Assembly: GCA_964384235.1 (NCBI GenBank)
Contig: CAYLJX010000001.1
Coordinates: 305,709-369,708 of the forward strand
DNA: 64,000 bases
Direction: 5' to 3'
Origin: an uncultured Bdellovibrionales bacterium
GTDB lineage: Bacteria; Patescibacteriota; Minisyncoccia; Moranbacterales; UBA1568
Under the pieces are notes generated by a model. That model was not told the DNA's origin. It searched no databases and saw only the letters and a program-made list of their open reading frames with translations. A program made the position numbers and the translations under genes. Positions 57,599-64,000 of this stretch are shown piece by piece; position 1 is the stretch's first letter, and each line of letters starts with the position of its first letter.

Positions 57599-57672
57599 AG
57601 TTTCTTACATTCGAAAAAAAAGAAAGAGGCACCCCCATCCTTTCTTCTCATTATACCATGTCTAAAAATATT
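57599..57672 (-). promoter_or_regulatory. Promoter/leader module with extended -10 (TGGTATAATG), homologous to the module at 63231-63300
   Basis: Minus strand reads catGGTATAATGagaagaaaggatgggggtgcctctttcttttttttcgaatgtaagaaactATG, with an AAGAAAG...CTTTCTT hairpin and a U-run in the leader. Confidence 0.5.
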
Positions 57673-58944
57673 TCATTGTGCCACAAGCCCCGTCGGCGCG
57701 GCGGGAGGAGTGGTGTCGCCGACCATGTACTCATCCGCACCGGCATCGATACCGCCGCCTTGGGGACGTACCTGCCCATCGAAGTCATCCGTCAGTCCGC
57801 TGATACTTGTTCCGGCATTATTGGCCGACGTCGATCCGGACACCAAATGAAGATTTCCTGAAGAAACATCGGTAAACCAGTTGGCCGCGGCCGAGGTGAG
57901 ATTATTCGAGAGAGTCCCGGTCGCGCCGTCGCGGGCCGCGATGGATCGGTTAGTGAGGTTGTTTCTGATCGTGACGCCGGAAGTCGCCGAGAAGCGGTAC
58001 TCGATGGCATTAGGGTAGCCGTTCTCGAGATAGACGGTGTTATTGTACACCTGAGTGTTAGGACTGGTTTCCAGGCCGATCGGGACATCGGCGAAGGAGC
58101 CGTTCCCGGAGGCGTGGTAGATCATGTTGTTGCGGATGATGCCGCCGCTCGCCCCGCGAGTGCCGAGACCGAACCCGATGCCGCGGTCGCAGTTGATGAT
58201 GACATTCCTCTCCACCAGGTTGTTGCTCGCCGGCGAGTCCCAGATATGCACCGCGTGCTCGGCAATCGCCGTATCGGGGCTGATGATATTACGGAAGGTG
58301 TTCCCTCGGACGATCCAGTCACTCCCGCCGTGGATATCGATGCCGCCGATGTAGTACTGCGGACCGATGCCGGCCGTATACTCGAAGAGACTGTTCTCGA
58401 TCAATCCGCCGTCACCGGTGACATTGGGACTCCCCGTACTCTGGCTGACCTTGAGGATCTGCTCGTAGGCGTTCCGCAGGACACAGTTACTCACCACCGT
58501 GAAATCCGCATCGTCCTCCCCCACCACCTGGATCACGTGCCAGCCGACGCGCTGGAGCGTGACGTTGCGGACGGTGAAGTAGTCCGCATCCACCCGGAAG
58601 ATCTCCTTGACCGAGGCCGAGGCGCTCATCGCATCGCCCTGGATAATAACCGCGTCACGGTTGCCGGACTGGCTCTCGACCGTGATGTGCGGCGCCGAGA
58701 TCGGGAGCAGATCAGAGAGCGTGTACGTCCCGTTCGCAAGCGCGATCGTGACATTGCCGCCGGACGCGTTGGCGCTGTTGATAGCGTTCACGAGTTCCGT
58801 CACGTTGCTCACCGTCACCGCCGCCGAGGCGGAACGGGGAAGCAGCGAAAAGATACCCGGCAGGAGAACGACCAGCGACACACCGAGCAGGAATATTCCA
58901 GTGAAAGACCTTATCCCCATATCATGAGACTCGTACATCCACAC
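57673..58944 (-). CDS. Secreted right-handed beta-helix (pectin-lyase-fold) protein ending in the DTTPPAAPTGLVAQ tag
   Basis: The track start is GTG. In-frame ATGs at 58938 and 58920 (MGIRSFTGIFLLGV..., a signal peptide) are more likely. Beta-helix rungs RGNTFRN, VERNVIIN, IRNNMIY and VYNNTVY. Only a 9-nt gap separates it from the upstream gene. Confidence 0.85.
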   Translation of the reverse strand: MWMYESHDMGIRSFTGIFLLGVSLVVLLPGIFSLLPRSASAAVTVSNVTELVNAINSANASGGNVTIALANGTYTLSDLLPISAPHITVESQSGNRDAVIIQGDAMSASASVKEIFRVDADYFTVRNVTLQRVGWHVIQVVGEDDADFTVVSNCVLRNAYEQILKVSQSTGSPNVTGDGGLIENSLFEYTAGIGPQYYIGGIDIHGGSDWIVRGNTFRNIISPDTAIAEHAVHIWDSPASNNLVERNVIINCDRGIGFGLGTRGASGGIIRNNMIYHASGNGSFADVPIGLETSPNTQVYNNTVYLENGYPNAIEYRFSATSGVTIRNNLTNRSIAARDGATGTLSNNLTSAAANWFTDVSSGNLHLVSGSTSANNAGTSISGLTDDFDGQVRPQGGGIDAGADEYMVGDTTPPAAPTGLVAQ

Positions 58945-58953
58945 AAAGGCTTG

Positions 58954-60303
58954 TCATTGTACCGTCAGACCGGTCGGCGCGGCAGGCGGGGTGGTGTCGC
59001 CGCCTCCGCTTGAGAGACCAGACACACTGTAAATATGCATCGTCGGAGTATGCGCCTGTCCGGAATTGTTCCGTCCACGATAAACATACAGTTTGCCGGT
59101 GCTCGAAGTCGGGGTATCCCGGAGAAACTGGACGCCATGAACATGCCAATCACCGGAACACGAAGACGGCCAATTGCCCCATGTGGCGACACTGAACGCT
59201 GTATATGGCGTGACATCCCAGGGATTCACCGTTCCGTTTTTTGCCGCTGCGAGATCATCCACATCAAACAGCATAAAGATGTATTTGGTAGGAGCAGCAG
59301 AATGCCCGGCTGAAGGAAGTGAACAACCTGCATCCATATTGCCAGATGAACACCCCTCCTTGTAACAAACCTGCCCCGTTCCCGATGACATAGCGAACAG
59401 TACGGTGTCCGATCCATCGATAAATGTCACCCCACCGACTTTTGTTGTGCCGTTAGCAAGCGCCTGCCCACCAGCCCCGTTCTGTGAATTCCATGTACAG
59501 CGACTACCAGAGCCCGTGCAGGCTGGAAATTCTGCGTTGCCCGCCCATGGCATGTGACGCGCCTCATTATCGCCATCATAGCGCATGAGCCACGTGGGCG
59601 CTGCACTGCTCCCTGGAGTCATAACCGCCAGCGCCGGGCCAAACGAGGTACGACTGATAACCGAAGAGAAACCATTGCCCATGACATGTGTCCCTCCAAG
59701 AAGAGCCTGATGTTCGCTCGGGATCCTGGTAATCCAGCCGTTTAGATAATCCTGGAATGATGCCGAATTACCAATTGTATTGGGACCAGTCTGGCCAGAT
59801 GCATTTGACAGTGTCGGCGAATGTGTGAACTGGGGATGAGTGACACCAGACGAGTAATACGACATGACATTGACATACAGCTTGCTATTGTACACGATGT
59901 GTCCATCAATAAAACATCCATTGCCACATACACCACTTGGCAACAGGTTATAGTGGTCACCACCGAGGGTGTCATAGTTCCATCCCTGGAGGAGCGTTGG
60001 GGTAGAGCCCACGGTTGGGACAGCAATTTCCGCCATGCAAGCTGTGTTGCGAGAACCAGTGAGATAGAATGATCCCGCGCCACCATTGCCAGCTGGATTA
60101 TATGATAGACCAGGCGTGTAGTCATTTTCAGAAGGCGCACCCCCGCAATTACCCGTAGGAGCTGGGAGTGTACTCGATCCGAGATAGGTGATGTTGGCCT
60201 GCTGAACGCGCACCCCGGCCTGCACATCCGTTCCCATGAAAAAGAACAAAACGACGACCAGCGTGACCAACGAACCGAGAGAGGATGGAAAAAGATGTTT
60301 CAT
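58954..60303 (-). CDS. Secreted protein of unknown fold (Gly/Ser/Thr/Cys-rich) ending in the DTTPPAAPTGLTVQ tag
   Basis: 449 aa with a signal peptide and many Cys residues. A 20-nt AT-rich gap separates it from the LamG gene. Confidence 0.8.
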   Translation of the reverse strand: MKHLFPSSLGSLVTLVVVLFFFMGTDVQAGVRVQQANITYLGSSTLPAPTGNCGGAPSENDYTPGLSYNPAGNGGAGSFYLTGSRNTACMAEIAVPTVGSTPTLLQGWNYDTLGGDHYNLLPSGVCGNGCFIDGHIVYNSKLYVNVMSYYSSGVTHPQFTHSPTLSNASGQTGPNTIGNSASFQDYLNGWITRIPSEHQALLGGTHVMGNGFSSVISRTSFGPALAVMTPGSSAAPTWLMRYDGDNEARHMPWAGNAEFPACTGSGSRCTWNSQNGAGGQALANGTTKVGGVTFIDGSDTVLFAMSSGTGQVCYKEGCSSGNMDAGCSLPSAGHSAAPTKYIFMLFDVDDLAAAKNGTVNPWDVTPYTAFSVATWGNWPSSCSGDWHVHGVQFLRDTPTSSTGKLYVYRGRNNSGQAHTPTMHIYSVSGLSSGGGDTTPPAAPTGLTVQ

Positions 60304-60323
60304 ATCGATATATATATTATATA

Positions 60324-63230
60324 CTACCTCCCCATATTATACAGCTGGGTCACTTCGGACGGAGACAGGCCGCGGTTGTAGAGGCGGACGTCGTCGATCT
60401 GGCCCGCAGCATTCACGTAGCCGTCGTATCCGATGGAAAGATCGTTGGTTTCGCTGTCCGCCGTCCCGGTGGGCGCGGAAAGTTCCGTCACCGTTTGAGA
60501 GATTCCGTTCACGTACACCACCGGGTCGTTCGTGGTCGAAGTCCGATCGTAGGTCACGACGACGTGCGCCCACTGATCCGCCAGTACGGAGTCGGCTCCC
60601 AATCGCCATTTTCCATCGGTTCCGGAAAAGGCGTGGTAGTACACGAGATGCCCGGCCGTTCCGTTGCAATCCGTCGCATCGTTCGAGCATATTTGAAAAG
60701 CCCAGGTAGTACGGCCCATGACGGCGCGATACTGCGTCAACCCCGACGGCTTGATCCAGGCGGAAATGGTTTTTGCATCGAGATTATCGAATACCGGATC
60801 AGTGAAGAGATCCACTCTGGCACTACTCCCGTCGAAACTAAGGGCTTGGCCGATGCGACCGGGAGTGGCGGAGGCGGCGGACATGCCGATCGCATCGCCG
60901 TGATTGGCGTTGCCGGAAGTGTCTTTCACCTCGGTCGTGGTGTCGTTCCAAGCGACGCTCGGCCCGTCGAAGCTCCACTGCCCGACGAGACCGTTCGTCA
61001 GGACGCCGTTCTGGGAAGACTGGAGCGTCGTCTTGCCGCCAGACGCTTGGTAGATATCGGTCACCTGCGCCTGAGTGAGCGCCGTGTCGTAGATGCGAAC
61101 ATCGTCGAGCTTGCCGTCGAAAGGAATGGTAGTGCCGGCATACCCGATGCCGATGGCCAATGCATCGCCGTTGGATAGGTCTCCCGCTATCGAACAATCG
61201 TTACTCCCGATGTTCGTCCCGTCGAGGTACAGCGTCGCGACGTGGCTGCTATCGACCGATAGCACATAGTGATGCCATACGCCGGTGATATCGCCGACAT
61301 TGACGTACCAGCCGCAGTCGTCCGACGCGTCGTTCAAGAACGCGGTTAGCAGATTGCCATCGAACAACAGTCCATACCCTTGGGAAAGGTCGTTTGAGGC
61401 TTTGAAGAGAAGCGCATCCATGGTGCCGTTCGTATCCCGATAGAACCAGCCCGCGAGGCTGAAGGCTTGGCCGGAACCGAAATCCAACGCGCCGCTTGTC
61501 GGATCGGCCACGGCGACGTAATCGTCGGCGTCGTCGAAATTGAGGGATTGTCCGAGGCGTCCAGGGGCGACCGTCGGGCCGTTGGTGAGCGTCCCATTGT
61601 TCGTTGCACGACTACGATCGAGAGCGGCCGCCCCCCGCACATCCGTTCCGTCAAACGTCCAATACCCGACGAGATTGGTATTAGGGTCGTCAGGATGAGT
61701 CTCTTGATACAGTCGCCGAGCCTCGTCGGGAGAGAGGGCGCGATGATACGTCCGCACCTCGTCGATCTTGCCGTCGAAAGGATTGCCCGCATCCGATTCG
61801 GCCGCGATACGGAAATCCACCGCGTTGCCCAGATTCCCGATACTCGCCGTGGAGCTCGCGGTACTGTTGTCGAGACGGCCGTCGATGTAGAGATCTATTC
61901 CCTTGGCGTCATGCCAGACTGCCACGAAATGGTGCCAGCCGGTGGCAGTAAACGTACTCGCCGAAGCAAGCGTGTACTGATCGCTCGCCGTCCCGCCGCC
62001 GTCACCGACGGTAAAGTTGAGCTTGTCATTGGTCGCGTCGATCCACACGATATATCCGGCATCCGTATTGGTAGCGGAACTGTTACGTTTGGCGACGATG
62101 GTATCCTCGGTCGTGGCGGTATCGCGGTTGAACCAGCCCGTCACCGTCACATCAGCGCCGTCAGGAACATCCAGGACACCGCTCGCCGGATCGGCGACAC
62201 CGGCATACTGGGTCGATCCGTCGAAATCGATCCCTCCGCCTATCTGACCGGTCGTCCACGTAGGACTGGCTGTCAGGGAAAGGGTATTGCCGTTCCCGCT
62301 CGCGTCCGTCGCGCTGCTTCCCGAACCGTCGTCGAGCTTCCAGTAGCCGGAGAGGCCTTCTTCGAGGACGTCATCCCCCGGACGGAGATTGGCCGTCACC
62401 TTGCCGAGATCGTAGAGACTCGCCACTTCTGTCGCCGAAAGAGCACGATTATAGAGACGAATTTCGTCCAGGGTGCCGCTGAAGTTCTCGTTGTTCATGG
62501 TACCGATCTGCTGCTCGCCCGCTGTCCCAGTGATATTGTCGAAGAAAAAGTCCGTCGACGCGCTCCCGGTCGTATACGTAAGCGTCTGCAGGACGCCGTC
62601 GATGTAGAGCTTGTGACCGGAGGTATCGTCGGTGAACACGACGTGATGCCAATCGGTCGGGTTCGGGAGCGTCACGCTGGCATCAACCGTCGCCGTACAA
62701 CTGGATCCGGACGCTGTCATCCAGAGATAGATCGTGCTGTTCTGCATGTCCATAGCGAGCTGGAACTGGCCGCGATTACTGGTGCAATTATCGTACCCCC
62801 AGAGCGTCCCTGAGGTCGGCGTCTCCCCAACCGTCCCGCTGTACTTGATCCACATGGCAATCGTCCCGGTCGTGTAACTGTCGAAAACGCTCGGGGCGAT
62901 ACCTACCGTACCTGCCGTTGTCGGAAAACGAAACCCCTGACCTAATCGACCCGGAACTTCCGTCGGCGCATCGCCGCCGATCTGAAGATTGATGTGACGA
63001 GCGTTCCCGGACACGTCCTTTACTTCGCTCGTCGTATCCGCCCAAACGATAGCTCCACCGTCCAAAGTCCAGTACCCCTGCAGACCGTTGGTAAGACTCC
63101 CCGTCTGCGGACTCTGAAATTTGGTCGAAGCCTGAGACTTTTGATAGTACCACCAGCCCCCTACCGCCAGGATGATGAGGGTCGTGATGATGAAGACGTA
63201 TTGGATGACCCGCGCTTTGGTTTCGGACAT
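60324..63230 (-). CDS. Membrane-anchored giant surface protein with four tandem LamG / concanavalin-A-like lectin domains
   Basis: 968 aa with an N-terminal TM helix. Four repeats each end with LDE/DDVRxYNRALS..EV..LY. W-x-H/WHH motifs are typical of LamG. Confidence 0.85.
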   Translation of the reverse strand: MSETKARVIQYVFIITTLIILAVGGWWYYQKSQASTKFQSPQTGSLTNGLQGYWTLDGGAIVWADTTSEVKDVSGNARHINLQIGGDAPTEVPGRLGQGFRFPTTAGTVGIAPSVFDSYTTGTIAMWIKYSGTVGETPTSGTLWGYDNCTSNRGQFQLAMDMQNSTIYLWMTASGSSCTATVDASVTLPNPTDWHHVVFTDDTSGHKLYIDGVLQTLTYTTGSASTDFFFDNITGTAGEQQIGTMNNENFSGTLDEIRLYNRALSATEVASLYDLGKVTANLRPGDDVLEEGLSGYWKLDDGSGSSATDASGNGNTLSLTASPTWTTGQIGGGIDFDGSTQYAGVADPASGVLDVPDGADVTVTGWFNRDTATTEDTIVAKRNSSATNTDAGYIVWIDATNDKLNFTVGDGGGTASDQYTLASASTFTATGWHHFVAVWHDAKGIDLYIDGRLDNSTASSTASIGNLGNAVDFRIAAESDAGNPFDGKIDEVRTYHRALSPDEARRLYQETHPDDPNTNLVGYWTFDGTDVRGAAALDRSRATNNGTLTNGPTVAPGRLGQSLNFDDADDYVAVADPTSGALDFGSGQAFSLAGWFYRDTNGTMDALLFKASNDLSQGYGLLFDGNLLTAFLNDASDDCGWYVNVGDITGVWHHYVLSVDSSHVATLYLDGTNIGSNDCSIAGDLSNGDALAIGIGYAGTTIPFDGKLDDVRIYDTALTQAQVTDIYQASGGKTTLQSSQNGVLTNGLVGQWSFDGPSVAWNDTTTEVKDTSGNANHGDAIGMSAASATPGRIGQALSFDGSSARVDLFTDPVFDNLDAKTISAWIKPSGLTQYRAVMGRTTWAFQICSNDATDCNGTAGHLVYYHAFSGTDGKWRLGADSVLADQWAHVVVTYDRTSTTNDPVVYVNGISQTVTELSAPTGTADSETNDLSIGYDGYVNAAGQIDDVRLYNRGLSPSEVTQLYNMGR

Positions 63231-63300
63231 AATTTCGTTTTGTATTCAGCAAGAAAAGAAAGAGGTCTATCTCCCCATTCTTTTTTACCATTATACCACG
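63231..63300 (-). promoter_or_regulatory. Promoter/leader module with extended -10 (TGGTATAATGG) for the LamG operon
   Basis: Minus strand reads cgTGGTATAATGGtaaaaaagaatggggagatagacctctttcttttcttgctgaatacaaaacgaaattATG. Confidence 0.5.
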
Positions 63301-63315
63301 TTCGGCAGCATCTCA

Positions 63316-64000
63316 CTGCACCACGAGTCCCGTCGGTGCAACGGGAGGAGCAGCATCACTCACCGACGTAGTATCAGAGACGACAATATCATCGATATAA
63401 TAAGCACTCGAAAAATTATCGGTTGACGAGAGAAGTTTGAAAGCTGTATCCATTGGAAATCCGTTTTGGTCATAGTATCGACCGAAGTAAACCTCCGAAG
63501 CCTATCGATCCAACCTGTTTCATATCGCAGGTCGAAACCTTTCACGACACTGACACCGTTTAACGAGGACATATTCCCCCCTCTCTCGAATCACTCGTCA
63601 CATCTATACCGACAGGCAGAATCGCAAATATACATCCGTTGCTTCCAGGACCACAACTACTTAAATAGAAATTAACATACCCTGATGAAGGAGGAACGCA
63701 ATGCGTACTATCGAGGATGACGAGTCCGCTCGTTCCACTCGTGCATACGGCAGTTGCCCCTCCTCCCGGTACCGAGGAGAGCGATATTCTTGTTCTTCCT
63801 GCACTCCCGCTCCCTTCAAACCACCTGGTTTGCACATTGCCGGTACCGATAGAAGTATAGGGGACAGAGACGATGCCTCCTGGGACTCCATAAACGTATA
63901 CCTTTGCCCCGACGTCATGGTATTGACCCGGACTAGTGGGGTAATCGAACACGTTAGTGGAATTCAAGCGACTCCCAATCCGACAATTATTGATTCCAGG
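63316..64000 (-). pseudogene. Frame-disrupted member of the C-terminal tag family (ends ...DTTSVSDAAPPVAPTGLVVQ-TGA); alternatively a gene with sequencing frameshifts
   Basis: Three consecutive minus-strand frames carry protein-like sequence (63560..63967, 63360..63572, 63318..63503). Only the last carries the conserved tag, and it has no start codon. It continues beyond the window. Confidence 0.35.

Noticed and set aside
58939-58956. TGA read-through fusing the 449-aa and 423-aa secreted proteins (same reading frame, separated only by TGA CAA GCC TTT GTG TGG)
   Set aside because: A shared frame is a 1-in-3 coincidence. TGA is used as a genuine stop by many genes in the window, so the standard code applies. 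The downstream gene has its own signal peptide beginning at an internal ATG.
61467-62813. 448-aa plus-strand ORF antisense to the LamG gene
   Set aside because: Antisense to a repeat-structured LamG protein with clear domain periodicity on the minus strand.
1-64000. CRISPR arrays, rRNA/tRNA genes, transposases or integrases
   Set aside because: No regularly spaced direct repeats were found. No tRNA-like cloverleafs, rRNA signatures, or transposase or integrase ORFs were seen on either strand.

Overview
This 64 kb window looks like a chromosomal segment from a GC-rich, uncultivated-type bacterium. A TIGR02436-like four-helix-bundle gene, giant LamG/beta-helix surface proteins and weak or absent Shine-Dalgarno sequences are consistent with a CPR/Patescibacteria-like genome, though the lineage is not certain. 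Almost every gene is on the minus strand. Three blocks stand out.

1. A cell-envelope glycan locus spans about 430-27700. It has many GT2/GT4 glycosyltransferases, a Ugd-like UDP-sugar dehydrogenase, an FdtA-type 3,4-ketoisomerase and a DegT aminotransferase. It also carries a GNAT-VOC fusion, an FkbH-like/ACP/AcpS acyl-loading trio, two methyltransferases, a GT-C-like membrane protein, Wzm/Wzt and a WbaP-like initiating phosphotransferase.

2. A housekeeping block spans 27700-52400. It holds rnpB (RNase P RNA, not in the ORF track), pheST, tyrS, secDF, an ABC-F ATPase, a NUDIX hydrolase, a class A PBP and MacAB/FtsX-like efflux genes. It also has an ApbE flavin transferase next to a Ca-binding MsrQ-like heme membrane protein, RNase HI, RecJ, a response regulator, and dnaJ preceded by a CIRCE-like operator.

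3. A cluster of large secreted surface proteins spans 52400 to the window end (Fn3, beta-helix/pectate-lyase-like and 4x LamG). Several end in a conserved C-terminal peptide, DTTPPAAPTGLxxQ-stop. A start-less relic and a frame-disrupted copy of the same family flank them, and the cluster carries duplicated promoter/leader modules. This C-terminal tag family is the best candidate here for an undescribed system.

Other points of note are a parvulin PPIase domain inserted in SecD, a four-helix-bundle gene flanked by inverted repeats, and GTTAAC-rich intergenic dyads. Divergent near-consensus promoters are each followed by a hairpin plus U-run leader. Many long antisense ORFs in the track are GC-driven artefacts. 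Coordinates worked out by hand may be off by 1 nt in places.
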